From positions 162,986-226,985 of IMG/VR virus record IMGVR_UViG_3300015265_000001: a DNA stretch of 64,000 nt; one strand, 5' to 3'. The notes beneath the pieces are model-generated. The model searched no databases. It was not told the origin of the DNA and was given only the letters and a program-made list of their open reading frames with translations. Shown here in pieces: positions 18,510 through 28,297 of this stretch. The position numbers and the translations under genes were made by a program. Position 1 is the first letter of the stretch. Each line of letters begins with the position of its first letter.

Positions 18510-19127
18510 ATGGATTACGTATTTGATGAAACACTGTCTCCTTTTAACCAGGAGCTGCATGTACTGGATTGGTTCCAGCGTAACTTTACGACCAATCCCA
18601 AGAAACTGAAGAAGATGAATGAACGTATTCGTCCTCAGTTGCCAACCTGGATCCAGAAGAGCCTGTGTGACACCCTGGCGCGTTCTGCTGACCCGGTTAA
18701 GTTCATGCGTCACGCTTTCCGTGATCTCGCCGCCTACCCGGCTATCATGGCTCGTCTGATCGCCGAGGGTAACCACGGCATGATCATGATGGGTCCTGAA
18801 GTGTTCGGTTTCAGTCTCGATACCAACGAGAAGTGGCTGAATGCGGATAAGACCGGTAAGTGGACCCAAGACGATGAAAGCGACATCATCGACAAGGCTC
18901 TGCAATACTGGATGATCAAAGAACGTCGTCGCAAGGTAACCTGCCGTATTACGTTGTTTGCTGACTTCGGGTTCTCCGGTATTCCTTACGAGACCACTCA
19001 CAAACTCAGCGACCGGCTGTGGAATGAGTTGTTGCCACACTGGAAGAAAGAGGACGAGGCACGTGACAATCTCGAACTCCAGTATTTGTTGAACCCTGAA
19101 TTGCGGGAGCAACAGAATAATGGATGA
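18510..19127 (+). CDS. Hypothetical protein, NPKKL family member 2
   Basis: VLDWFQRNFTTNPKKL, IAEGNHG, NEKWL; GGAGG RBS before ATG 18510. Confidence 0.85.
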   Translation: MDYVFDETLSPFNQELHVLDWFQRNFTTNPKKLKKMNERIRPQLPTWIQKSLCDTLARSADPVKFMRHAFRDLAAYPAIMARLIAEGNHGMIMMGPEVFGFSLDTNEKWLNADKTGKWTQDDESDIIDKALQYWMIKERRRKVTCRITLFADFGFSGIPYETTHKLSDRLWNELLPHWKKEDEARDNLELQYLLNPELREQQNNG

Positions 19128-19476
19128 TAAACCTCAGTTTAGTTACGAGGTTGCGGAGATTGTTGGTAAGCGCCTGGAGAAGATGCTTGAGGGGTTGAAT
19201 AGAGAACATGCGATGGCTGCTATTGAAGAGTTCATCGACGACTACACGCACAGTTTCTTCGGCATTAGTGTCATTGATACGTTGCGTAAGGTCAAGTTCG
19301 CCGATCAGGGTCGTTCTCAGTGCATCCAGCCGTTGGCTAAAGGTCGTGCTGTGTTGGTGTCGGCTTATGGCTTTAATGTCAAAACTGATACCAAGTGCAA
19401 GTGTGGGCGGGCTTTCATTGTTTTGGATGAAAGAACCCGCGAAGACCGGGATAAAGAAATGGAAAGTATGGGGTAG
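19120..19476 (+). CDS. Hypothetical protein
   Basis: Overlapping start; CKCG near the C-terminus. Confidence 0.75.
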   Translation: MDDKPQFSYEVAEIVGKRLEKMLEGLNREHAMAAIEEFIDDYTHSFFGISVIDTLRKVKFADQGRSQCIQPLAKGRAVLVSAYGFNVKTDTKCKCGRAFIVLDERTREDRDKEMESMG

Positions 19477-19481
19477 TCATT

Positions 19482-19964
19482 ATGTCCGAAGATGAAAAGA
19501 AACGTCGCATCCTTCATATTGACAGCATTAGCATTACTCGTAGCGGCGGTGATAACGGGTCTACACCGCCTGAGAAGCGTGGGCCGGGTGATCTGGAGTG
19601 TGGTCCGCCAGATAAAGCCGAAACGCCAAACACGTTAGCAGACTTGTTCAAAGCAATGGATTACAGTCATAGCAAACCAGGTCAAGTGTTCGACGATATA
19701 CGCGCAATGAATCTTCATCTGCCACCGGCCCATCGTCATGTCTTCCCTGGCGCAGTACTGGATTACTCCAAACTGTCTGCGGAGATGCTTGGCAGGACGT
19801 GGCAGGATATCGAGATGGAGCGAATCAAAGGACTCATCAGGGATAATCCTGATATGGCCAACGATGAGCTCTATATGCTCGTTATGGGGCTGTCAAGTGG
19901 TCCCGCGCTCTATCAGACGACTAAGTGTCCAAAATGCAACCAGGGCGATTCTGAGAAGGATTAA
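19482..19964 (+). CDS. Hypothetical protein
   Basis: C-terminal CPKC. Confidence 0.75.
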   Translation: MSEDEKKRRILHIDSISITRSGGDNGSTPPEKRGPGDLECGPPDKAETPNTLADLFKAMDYSHSKPGQVFDDIRAMNLHLPPAHRHVFPGAVLDYSKLSAEMLGRTWQDIEMERIKGLIRDNPDMANDELYMLVMGLSSGPALYQTTKCPKCNQGDSEKD

Positions 19965-19985
19965 ACACAACTACCGAGGTGTCCA

Positions 19986-20336
19986 ATGAACAAAGCATTA
20001 CTAGACCGTATGGCAAGTAGTATCACCCTCACGCTTGATTCGGGCAAAGAGTATGTCGTTAAGCCCGTACCGGTTGCGTCAGCGGAGGAGTTTGCCACTC
20101 TGGGGATTACCGATCCTGATGATCCTAAACATGGCGTGCTGGCTCTGGTGGAGGTTAATCTGTCTACCCCCACCATCGAAATGCTGATGAACAATTTCGA
20201 GCCGTCCGATGTGAAGTACGACATCAAAAGCAATCGGTTTGTTCATTGGAAGAACCCCCTGGCCGATCGTCCTTTGCGGGAAGAACTCTGGGGTAAACTC
20301 GCTGACCATTTGACCAAGGATTCGAGCAATGAATAA
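19986..20336 (+). CDS. Hypothetical protein
   Basis: GAGG RBS. Confidence 0.75.
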   Translation: MNKALLDRMASSITLTLDSGKEYVVKPVPVASAEEFATLGITDPDDPKHGVLALVEVNLSTPTIEMLMNNFEPSDVKYDIKSNRFVHWKNPLADRPLREELWGKLADHLTKDSSNE

Positions 20337-21081
20337 AGATACCCCTTTCTATATTCCGGATGAAGACGAACCCAGCGTGTTCAGTTCTGTGGTCCGTGCT
20401 GATAACGAGTACCCTGGGAGCGGCGGCTTTAACCACCACCTGTGGAGCTGGCCGGATTGGCGTAAGGAAAAACGTTGGAACCGTCATTTCGAACACTGGC
20501 GCGCTAAGAATCCGGATGCCAACCCTCTGCACTGTCCTCCGTGCTTTGGTTCTGACACTACATCAAGTGAAGGTCTGAAGCTTATTGTTCGACTGCGCGG
20601 TGAAATTCAGGATCCGGATTATCCAGTCTTTGATCCAGCACCCACAATGTTCATTGGCGATACTCGCCAGATCAGCCTGCGCTGGGTGTTGCAGACAGCC
20701 AAGACTACTGGTATCAGTCCAGATGAAGCAGTCCTGATTGCAGAGAAGGAACGCGACTTGGGTGGTCTCACACTGCATGATCAGGGGCAGTGGTGTCATT
20801 ACTGGTGGAAGAAGATCATGGATCTGCCGGGTATCGCTTACCCGATCTGGCGTTACAGGGCAGATAAGGATTATGTAGCTGTACCTTATCTGCTGATGCC
20901 GGGTCCTCTGAGCGAATCGATCGTTATCGTGCAGGGCCATCAAACTAACCCGAAAATCACTTACAAGCTGGTTACCATCCGACAGCGGGGCGGTGAGGTC
21001 GTCGGTGAGTTTACCGGATATGAGGGGTTCGATCGGGAGCAGCTGGATACCTTGCTCGACACTTTCTGGGCGGGCTTTTAA
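20329..21081 (+). CDS. Hypothetical Trp-rich protein
   Basis: Overlapping start; 250 aa. Confidence 0.8.
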   Translation: MNKDTPFYIPDEDEPSVFSSVVRADNEYPGSGGFNHHLWSWPDWRKEKRWNRHFEHWRAKNPDANPLHCPPCFGSDTTSSEGLKLIVRLRGEIQDPDYPVFDPAPTMFIGDTRQISLRWVLQTAKTTGISPDEAVLIAEKERDLGGLTLHDQGQWCHYWWKKIMDLPGIAYPIWRYRADKDYVAVPYLLMPGPLSESIVIVQGHQTNPKITYKLVTIRQRGGEVVGEFTGYEGFDREQLDTLLDTFWAGF

Positions 21082-21093
21082 TTAGGAGCTGTT

Positions 21094-21279
21094 ATGAAGA
21101 TCGATATGGAAAAACGCTTTGGTCCTGGCGGCTCTGATGAGCAAGTCACGGACATGGTGAAGCGGGTGGCTGAAGAAGTTCGTTTTGGTCACACCGGTCC
21201 TACCTTGGATATTCTCGAAATCACAAAGAAAGGAAAACGTTTTCATGAAAAAGAAAAGAACGTTCGGGGTAAGTCCTAA
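21094..21279 (+). CDS. Small hypothetical protein
   Basis: AGGAG RBS. Confidence 0.65.
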   Translation: MKIDMEKRFGPGGSDEQVTDMVKRVAEEVRFGHTGPTLDILEITKKGKRFHEKEKNVRGKS

Positions 21280-22375
21280 AGGCGCGCTCGTTCTTCGTGA
21301 ACGCGAGGAACAACGTCGCGCTAATCTCCCACGGGTAGAAGCTATGCGCGATGGGGCGTTGAAACGTGTTGAAGAGAATCCATTGCTCAAACTGATGGCG
21401 GAGTTTCCAATGCTGCCGGTTATTGACCTGGATAAAGTAATTGATCCGTCGGTTAAAGATGCACTGGATATCTCGTTGCTGACAGTACGTGGCGGCGGCC
21501 TCGGTAAAATGCCTTGGGACAAGCATATCACGGGTCGGCATTACAACACTCAGCCGGCTGCTGACGAAGATTTCTTGAAGAAGGTGACTGATCATCTGAT
21601 CCGACCCTTAAAGGTCTTCGACCCTGCCTGGGAAGGTAAGGCGATCAATATGCCCAACAACCAGGAGGATATCCATTTCACCTTTGACCCACTCACTTCC
21701 TTCAATGATAAGCTGCAAATCGAGCTTGTCGAGAACGATAACCAGCCAATCAGCAATTGGTTGAACTCCTGGTATCCAGGTGGTGTGTTGGTCGACCCAG
21801 CTGAACGTGCCCTGTCGCCAAACTCTGCTGGGCTTGCGTATCGCATGAAAATGGCGAATGCCCGGGGTGAAGTTGGTCATGATGACAACAACTATCGGGA
21901 CTTCTTTGATACGATCACTTCGTGGTACACCCGTGACGCAACGCCTGTTGAATACCGGCTCTATACCTCCGAAGTGAAGATCTGCGCCGACATGGAAAAG
22001 CTGATGAAGTATTTCAGCGAATTCAAAGAACGGCATGGGGTGCGTCTTAGTGGTCTTGATATCACCCTCGGTTTTGAAGAGGATAACCGCTACAAGCTGA
22101 TGGTTACGGAAGTCTTCTACCAAGAGAAGAAAATGCTGTTGTTAGAAGTCGTTACCACCGTTCCCAACATGCGGCAGATGGGTTATGTACGGCTCTTCAA
22201 GGACCCTGGTACCGTCAGGGCTCGTCACGATGGCGAACGCGATATCTCGTATACGTTCAATACGTTCTTCAGCGACTTTAACGTGTTCGGTCGTGATCAA
22301 CTGTCGCAGTTCCTGGACATTGTTGTGTACTGCCTCGACAAAGGCGTTCGTGAAGACATTTCGTATTACGGGTAG
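21245..22375 (+). CDS. Hypothetical protein
   Basis: Probable start ATG 21245. Confidence 0.8.
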   Translation: MKKKRTFGVSPKGALVLREREEQRRANLPRVEAMRDGALKRVEENPLLKLMAEFPMLPVIDLDKVIDPSVKDALDISLLTVRGGGLGKMPWDKHITGRHYNTQPAADEDFLKKVTDHLIRPLKVFDPAWEGKAINMPNNQEDIHFTFDPLTSFNDKLQIELVENDNQPISNWLNSWYPGGVLVDPAERALSPNSAGLAYRMKMANARGEVGHDDNNYRDFFDTITSWYTRDATPVEYRLYTSEVKICADMEKLMKYFSEFKERHGVRLSGLDITLGFEEDNRYKLMVTEVFYQEKKMLLLEVVTTVPNMRQMGYVRLFKDPGTVRARHDGERDISYTFNTFFSDFNVFGRDQLSQFLDIVVYCLDKGVREDISYYG

Positions 22376-22380
22376 GTTAT

Positions 22381-22890
22381 ATGCAACAGATACCTGAGGG
22401 GGCGTACGAAGACCCCTTTGCTGACGAAGCGGTTATTCTTCAGTACTACAAGGACAACTGGCCAAAGAACCTCAAGAAATTGAAGTCGATGGCAGTGCAG
22501 TTGTCCAAAGAACCAGGTCAGAAACGTTACCTGGTTGAAGGTATCCTGAACTCCATCCAACGCTCTTCTCGACCGGATGCATACTTGCGGGAATGCTTTA
22601 AGCAGCACGACGATTATTCCGTTTTGATTCCTGAGTTTATCGCTGAGGGTCATCACGGTATTCTGTTTGTTAATCGCGTGCTGTATCCCGTTACAGTAGT
22701 GGCCAACAAGAAGTGGTTGCGTAAAAGCGACAAGTGGGACTTCCAGCAGGAACTCGAGATCATGGAGTCCCTGGCTAAGGAATGGATGAAGGAAAACGGC
22801 AAAGTACGTTTGGACGGTAAGATGCTGTTGTTCCCCGTGTTCGGGTTCAGTGGTCTCTACCGTAAACTAGTGATGGAATTGAAGGGGTAA
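22381..22890 (+). CDS. Hypothetical protein, NPKKL family member 3
   Basis: ILQYYKDNWPKNLKKL, IAEGHHG, NKKWL, LFPVFGFSGL. Confidence 0.85.
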   Translation: MQQIPEGAYEDPFADEAVILQYYKDNWPKNLKKLKSMAVQLSKEPGQKRYLVEGILNSIQRSSRPDAYLRECFKQHDDYSVLIPEFIAEGHHGILFVNRVLYPVTVVANKKWLRKSDKWDFQQELEIMESLAKEWMKENGKVRLDGKMLLFPVFGFSGLYRKLVMELKG

Positions 22891-22895
22891 TAATT

Positions 22896-23840
22896 ATGAG
22901 TCTGGCTAATGTAACTACCGCTACTCAACTGGAAGAGGAAGCGTCTCGTCTGGCGCGTTTCAAACATCACGAAATGATGGAAACCCTGTTCGACCAGGAT
23001 CTTCCAAAGATGGTGGAAGAAGAATGGCTGAAGGTACTCGGCGGTAAGCGAGTCCCTGCGGCATTGATCAGCGACATCAGAACGCTGGTCGAGCGTTTCA
23101 ACTACATGGCTGTTCGTCTGAAAGCCTACGAAAATCGCTACAGCCTCCAAGTGTTCGAGAACCCCAAGCTCCTGGAAGTACTCGAGCGCACGCCCCGTAG
23201 TGACGAGCCACCGCTCGATGAAAACCACATGGGCTGGATCCATGATCGCGATCCGCTGACCTGGCGAGAACTGATTCATCCGGACGTCCCCACTGAGGGT
23301 ATCGCCAACGTCATCGAAAGCTTTGTCACTCACTCGGCAGAAAAGCTGGGCCTAGACGAACGCGATATCCTTAACCTGCGTGCCGGCGCTGAACGACTGA
23401 GCTTCATGCTGCCGCGTCTGAAGCAGTTCGAGGGTACCCTGGGGCTGGGTGATTTCTCCACCCGTGATATCGAAACTTTCGTCAAGGATAACAAAGATCG
23501 CTTCGATGATCTCAAAGCACAGGTGCAATGCTATCGCGTCGGTGATGGTCCTGAACCAGATGCTTTCGAGGTGCGTAACTTCGGTACCCGTTCCATCCGC
23601 ATTCTCAGCAAGGCGTGGCTGGAGTGGTATTCGCGGTCTACCCCGAATCAAACCGTCGATTCCTGCATCAATGCATGTGGTCGTCGCGTGGTGGAGAAAC
23701 TCTTCCCTAGCGCTGAAAGTCGTGTTGGGTTGACCTGGTCCATCGGTACTGAAGATCAGTGGCGCAACTACCGTGGTGAGGAGGAACCTCTCTTCCCTAT
23801 GGAAATCCGCATTACCCGTGTAACCAAAACAGTTCTTTAA
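22896..23840 (+). CDS. Hypothetical protein
   Basis: 314-aa ORF. Confidence 0.8.
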   Translation: MSLANVTTATQLEEEASRLARFKHHEMMETLFDQDLPKMVEEEWLKVLGGKRVPAALISDIRTLVERFNYMAVRLKAYENRYSLQVFENPKLLEVLERTPRSDEPPLDENHMGWIHDRDPLTWRELIHPDVPTEGIANVIESFVTHSAEKLGLDERDILNLRAGAERLSFMLPRLKQFEGTLGLGDFSTRDIETFVKDNKDRFDDLKAQVQCYRVGDGPEPDAFEVRNFGTRSIRILSKAWLEWYSRSTPNQTVDSCINACGRRVVEKLFPSAESRVGLTWSIGTEDQWRNYRGEEEPLFPMEIRITRVTKTVL

Positions 23841-23851
23841 GGAGCCGGCTC

Positions 23852-24331
23852 ATGCACTTGATGTCTGAAGACGCGTTCCGGCGTCTCAAGGAACGTTGGG
23901 ATAAATGCGTTGAGCGTATCAACGATCCCAAAATGGTCGACGTGGAGATTACCCTCTCCATGTTGTTACTCAACAAACTTGACGAACTGGTCACGATCTT
24001 CTCCTGCCAGGGTCACCCCACTCCTCAAAAGCCACGAGCTGTTGGCTCCATGATGTTTGGGGTGCGAGATCCTAAAGCAGTCTACCGTTTTTACGAACTG
24101 CTTAAAGAAACCCTCGAGACCGAAAAACAGGCGGTTAGTCTGGTACTGCAATATAAGAAAGATATTACATTGCGAGGTACCCCTAACCAACCCTGGTACC
24201 CGGTCTGGATTGTACGCTGGCAGATTCTTCATGAGACCGCCGCGGAGACGTGGCTTAAAGTCAACAACGCAGCGGTTCAAGTAGCCGCAGAATTCAAAGG
24301 GGAAGGTCATGTCAGCAATCAAGCAGGATAA
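23852..24331 (+). CDS. Hypothetical protein
   Basis: AAGGAG RBS. Confidence 0.75.
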   Translation: MHLMSEDAFRRLKERWDKCVERINDPKMVDVEITLSMLLLNKLDELVTIFSCQGHPTPQKPRAVGSMMFGVRDPKAVYRFYELLKETLETEKQAVSLVLQYKKDITLRGTPNQPWYPVWIVRWQILHETAAETWLKVNNAAVQVAAEFKGEGHVSNQAG

Positions 24332-24470
24332 CACGATTCCAATGCCAACCGATCCGATGTGGTGCCTGGCTCGTAAACCGCCGGGTATCCGCAAGCAGAT
24401 CCGTCCTCGTCAACCTGTACCTCTGGCCGACCCTGCTAAGGCTCAGGAAGACAAAGGTCTTTACCTCTAG
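24309..24470 (+). CDS. Small Pro/Arg-rich protein (53 aa; not in track)
   Basis: MSAIKQDNTIPMPTDPMWCLARKPPG...; fills the gap. Confidence 0.55.
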   Translation: MSAIKQDNTIPMPTDPMWCLARKPPGIRKQIRPRQPVPLADPAKAQEDKGLYL

Positions 24471-24479
24471 GAGATAGTC

Positions 24480-24692
24480 ATGAACAAAGAAGTAGAAGAA
24501 GTGCTACAGACCGTTGTCGAGGAGAAAGCTAAGCAAGTGCTCGTCCTTGGCGTTGGTATCGCGGCTGGTGCTATCAGGGCGATGGTTAGCGACGTTAAGC
24601 TTCGTGCTATGGCTATCGAGGCTAAAGCCACTACCGTCCGCCGGCCCTCCTCTTACGCAAGAAAGGCCAAGAAAGGTCGTAAAAGTACTTAG
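24480..24692 (+). CDS. Small protein with basic tail (twin 1)
   Basis: AGGAG RBS; ends RRPSSYARKAKKGRKST. Confidence 0.75.
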   Translation: MNKEVEEVLQTVVEEKAKQVLVLGVGIAAGAIRAMVSDVKLRAMAIEAKATTVRRPSSYARKAKKGRKST

Positions 24693-24702
24693 GGGAATAA
24701 TA

Positions 24703-24921
24703 ATGAGTAAAGAAATCAGCGAAATCGTTGCATCGATCGGGTCTCAGCAACACGAAGACATGAGCAAGAACATCCTCTTGGTTGGTACTCATCAGGGTGC
24801 CAGTATGGTGATGGCTAACCTGGTTAAAGGTATCAAGGGAACCTTTACCGAAGCAGTTACCAAATTTTCTGCTCGCCCACAACGCTCATATCCACAAAAG
24901 AAAAAGAAGGGCCGTAGTTAA
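24703..24921 (+). CDS. Small protein with basic tail (twin 2)
   Basis: GGGGA RBS; ends RPQRSYPQKKKKGRS. Confidence 0.75.
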   Translation: MSKEISEIVASIGSQQHEDMSKNILLVGTHQGASMVMANLVKGIKGTFTEAVTKFSARPQRSYPQKKKKGRS

Positions 24922-25148
24922 TGAAAATTTACGTTATTGGTTTTATCGCTTTTGTCTACGTGTTCTGGTATCACAGACTGTACGTTCCTGCGCATCTCGA
25001 ATACATGAGAAAGAATGTTTATCGCCACATGAAAAACAACATCGAACGTGATGAAGCAAGGCTCGCTTTTATCTTTGCGTTTGGTATCGTGATGATTGCC
25101 TGGATCTATTTGGCCGGGTTGGCGATCTACTACTTCTTTTTCACCTGA
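24921..25148 (+). CDS. Small two-TM membrane protein
   Basis: Two hydrophobic segments. Confidence 0.75.
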   Translation: MKIYVIGFIAFVYVFWYHRLYVPAHLEYMRKNVYRHMKNNIERDEARLAFIFAFGIVMIAWIYLAGLAIYYFFFT

Positions 25149-25211
25149 GGGGGTTGACGACTTCGAGCATTATGTTGTCTATGACAGTAACAAACATCTC
25201 TAGGAGGACAT

Positions 25212-25475
25212 ATGTCCGCTGAACAAGCAACGCTGGAAAAAGAACGCAAGAAGAAGGTTGCAGAGTGGTTGGAAACCCGCGGGTCTATGGATCTGATTGC
25301 ACTCGCCCAAGCCCTCTTTACGGTCGTTTCGGATACCAAAGGAGGGATTGAAGAAATCGTTCATCTTTACTTCGACAAGGATGGCAAAAGCTGTCAGTTT
25401 ACTGTCCACGTATCCGATCACTATCAAGTCTTGATGGAATTGGGCATGCGTGTTAATAGCGAAGACCCTGATTAA
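25212..25475 (+). CDS. Hypothetical protein
   Basis: AGGAGG RBS. Confidence 0.8.
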   Translation: MSAEQATLEKERKKKVAEWLETRGSMDLIALAQALFTVVSDTKGGIEEIVHLYFDKDGKSCQFTVHVSDHYQVLMELGMRVNSEDPD

Positions 25476-25504
25476 GTTGTAGCTTGTTTCACGTCTACAT
25501 TATC
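25471..25504 (+). promoter_or_regulatory. Class II promoter
   Basis: ATTAAGTT-N15(gtagcttgtttcacg)-TCTACATTATC. Confidence 0.65.
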
Positions 25505-25552
25505 CACGTAGCAACATAATGCAATACTTTATTTCTTAAAAAGGATGTTTCC

Positions 25553-26323
25553 ATGTCTTCTAATCAACTGTTCGTAACCAAGCAAGAAGCTCGTCGTGTC
25601 AATGCGGTCAAGTCGTACAAACCGCGTGAGTTGAACCAACAGGAGAAGATCCTCCTGGCCGGGGTAGAGCTGTCGAAGAAATCGAAGTACGACATCGAAG
25701 AGCTCAAAGACCTCTGCAAGTTGCTGATCGATACCACCGGCGGCGAGCGCCTGGCAGACAAGCTCAAGGTGGCTGTAAACGATCCTGAGGCGATGCAGGG
25801 ACTGATCGAGGTCTACCCCCACGTTGAGTTCCAGGACGTCATCAACGCCGGCTACGAGGGTCTGAAGACCTTCGAACGACTGCACTACGCCGGTATCCCA
25901 ATGGAATCGCTCCAGAGCAAAGCATCGACTCTTGTCGAGTTCTTCGCGCTCCTGGAACAACTGCCGAAGGGTATCGACACCTACATCTACACCCCGTGGA
26001 CCAACATCCACGCTCTGCGTGCTGAATGGGAAGGTGACAAGAAACAAACCCGTTACCTGGGCTACACCTTGTCGCCGGCATTGCAGAAGGCTATCACTTC
26101 CACGGTACAAGGCCGTTGGAAAGAAAGTCAGTTGGGCGCAATCATCGCCGACGGTCTCCTCAACCACGAAGGGCTGTGGAAGCGTGCACGGATTACTGAG
26201 CCGCAAACTGATTTCGTGCTCTCGTATCACGACAACCAGAAGTTCTCCACCAGCGGCGTGTACGCTCGTGTTCTGAAAGCCACCAACAAGAAAACGAACA
26301 GCACGTATCACTTCTGCGTGTAA
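25553..26323 (+). CDS. Hypothetical protein (highly biased codons)
   Basis: AAGGA RBS; first gene after the promoter. Confidence 0.85.
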   Translation: MSSNQLFVTKQEARRVNAVKSYKPRELNQQEKILLAGVELSKKSKYDIEELKDLCKLLIDTTGGERLADKLKVAVNDPEAMQGLIEVYPHVEFQDVINAGYEGLKTFERLHYAGIPMESLQSKASTLVEFFALLEQLPKGIDTYIYTPWTNIHALRAEWEGDKKQTRYLGYTLSPALQKAITSTVQGRWKESQLGAIIADGLLNHEGLWKRARITEPQTDFVLSYHDNQKFSTSGVYARVLKATNKKTNSTYHFCV

Positions 26324-26340
26324 GTAACGAGGGTTCTCCC

Positions 26341-26619
26341 ATGTTCAGTCCAGGTAGGCTCGAACACATGGAGTGGCGCAATAAAGTGCTGCTCCGTGGA
26401 GAACCCGTCATTTCAGTCAAGGGTAAACTCAACCCTGACTGGGTTGACTGGTATCGTGCTAAACACAGGGTATCGGGTAACATCGCAAAGTCTGTAGGTA
26501 AACGACTGATCTTGGAGGCCAAGGAACCTAAACAGGAACCTTCAGTACCAGAGCCTCCAAAAACATTTAAAAAGATCAATCCCCACCACCAGCTTATGCT
26601 TTATTTCCAAACGGAGTAG
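26341..26619 (+). CDS. Hypothetical basic protein
   Basis: Co-directional ORF. Confidence 0.7.
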   Translation: MFSPGRLEHMEWRNKVLLRGEPVISVKGKLNPDWVDWYRAKHRVSGNIAKSVGKRLILEAKEPKQEPSVPEPPKTFKKINPHHQLMLYFQTE

Positions 26620-26623
26620 GACT

Positions 26624-27193
26624 ATGAACAATAAACAACAACGCCAAGCAGACCGCATGGCCGTGTTCGATAAGCTGTTTAACCCAGAAACCAAGATCAT
26701 CGCGACGCCGAATGCTGAGAACATCGGGCTGGCTCGTTATGTGTATGCAGCGGAAGGCATTCTGCGTGATGCTTACGAGCAAGTAAAGCGCAACGTTACC
26801 TTCTTGCAAAACGGGCTGGTCACTCCTAACGACCATTTCGAAGGTGCTCTGGCTGCATTCGACAAGAAGGCCAAGGCTCTGAAAATCAGAAAGACTCCGG
26901 TATCGGCGTGGGAGGATACCGGTGAGTTGCGTCCAGTCTTCGGCGGGTTGATTAACAGCTATTCGCAAGGCTCTTTCGGTGGGTCATTCTCGACTGGCTC
27001 AGGCGGCAACCCTACACCTGATGTAAACCCTGTGTTGGCTCTCGCTGAAAAGGAGTTACCACCACCAAGTGGTCGTAATTGCTGTAGTTGGGGCGACCGG
27101 GTTGGTAATGTTACGGAAGAGGTGACGCCTCGAAAAGGCGACTTCATCATGATCGGTTCCCGGCTCTGCGTCATCAAGAAAGTAAAGAAGTAG
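26624..27193 (+). CDS. Hypothetical protein
   Basis: C-terminal KOW-like PRKGDFIMIG. Confidence 0.75.
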   Translation: MNNKQQRQADRMAVFDKLFNPETKIIATPNAENIGLARYVYAAEGILRDAYEQVKRNVTFLQNGLVTPNDHFEGALAAFDKKAKALKIRKTPVSAWEDTGELRPVFGGLINSYSQGSFGGSFSTGSGGNPTPDVNPVLALAEKELPPPSGRNCCSWGDRVGNVTEEVTPRKGDFIMIGSRLCVIKKVKK

Positions 27194-27220
27194 CCCAAAA
27201 ATAATCAGGAGATACACTGC

Positions 27221-27706
27221 ATGAAAGCAATCAAGAAAATCGGGTTTGTTTTGATTTCCCTCATCGCTCTGGCATTTGTTGTCGCTCCGCTGTTCGCCGT
27301 TGCCAACACCAACGTCAACAGTCCAACGTACAACGTGAACGACAAGGAAAAGAAGTTCGTCTGCGAAGCGTTCACCCGCAACACCGTTCAGGCTGACGGC
27401 AAGCTGACGGATAACGACGCCATCTACGCCAAGACCACCGTCCTGGAGAATCAAGAAGGCTTCGTTATCAAATCCGGTCAGGCTTTCAAAGACACGCTGA
27501 AGCTCAGTAACGGGCTGATCGGTTACGGCGGTAACATGGGGTCCGACAACCATACTGTCCTTATGAAACGCTCCGAAGTGCCGGGTGCTTTGTATTTCAT
27601 GGTTTACACCTTCATCACCGACAAAGATCCGAAGGAACGCGTCGACGTTACGGACTCTCCGATCAAAGATCTGGTAGTCCTGGGCCAGTGCAAACGTAAG
27701 CAGTAA
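27221..27706 (+). CDS. Exported protein with signal peptide/anchor
   Basis: MKAIKKIGFVLISLIALAFVVAPLFAVA; Cys near both ends of the mature part. Confidence 0.8.
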   Translation: MKAIKKIGFVLISLIALAFVVAPLFAVANTNVNSPTYNVNDKEKKFVCEAFTRNTVQADGKLTDNDAIYAKTTVLENQEGFVIKSGQAFKDTLKLSNGLIGYGGNMGSDNHTVLMKRSEVPGALYFMVYTFITDKDPKERVDVTDSPIKDLVVLGQCKRKQ

Positions 27707-27717
27707 TCTCTGCCTAA

Positions 27718-27765
27718 ATAACCCACAGATGCCTTAGGGTGTCTGTGGGTTATACCTTTCTTTTT
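27718..27765 (+). terminator. Rho-independent terminator
   Basis: ATAACCCACAGAT...GTCTGTGGGTTAT then a T-run. Confidence 0.8.
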
Positions 27766-27829
27766 CTATTTCGGTAAATTTTTATTACTACTGCGGGCTC
27801 AATTTAATATACCGCTTGGGGGATTAATA

Positions 27830-28297
27830 ATGATTAACGTGGGATATCTCGTTATCCGCGAATACCCAATGGCGCAGATACCAACCATTGCCATGCAAGA
27901 CCTTTTATCGTTATTTGAAGGACTGATTTGTTTTGAAGCAACCGTAGCAGATGTAGACGTTCCCGATAATCCTCACGACATGGCGATAGTCGTGGAGGAG
28001 GTATTGGTTATGGTTGAAACAGCCGTTATCTGTTACATGGATAACAGGCCTGTAGGCTTGATGATGATCGACAAGGGATCACCTTACGCCATAGCCGCGT
28101 TGTTCGTTGTAGAGGATGCGCGCAGTAAGGGAGTGGGCGAACTCTTGATAGGCTGGTTGCAAAGTCGATATCCGTTACAGGAATTAACGGTAGATTGCTA
28201 TAAGGGTAACACCAGAGCTTTAAGCTTTTACCGTCGTTTGGGTTTCGAATTCACTGAAAGTCCGTTGATTATGAAAGGTGCTCGTAAGGTTCGTTAA
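27830..28297 (+). CDS. GNAT family acetyltransferase
   Basis: ALFVVEDARSKGVGELLI (motif A), NTRALSFYRRLGFE (motif B). Confidence 0.88.
   Translation: MINVGYLVIREYPMAQIPTIAMQDLLSLFEGLICFEATVADVDVPDNPHDMAIVVEEVLVMVETAVICYMDNRPVGLMMIDKGSPYAIAALFVVEDARSKGVGELLIGWLQSRYPLQELTVDCYKGNTRALSFYRRLGFEFTESPLIMKGARKVR

Noticed and set aside
20329-22375. Paralogy of 20329 and 21245 via C-terminal FDREQLDTLLD / FGRDQLSQFLD
   Set aside because: Similarity is limited to about 11 residues and cannot be supported without alignment statistics.
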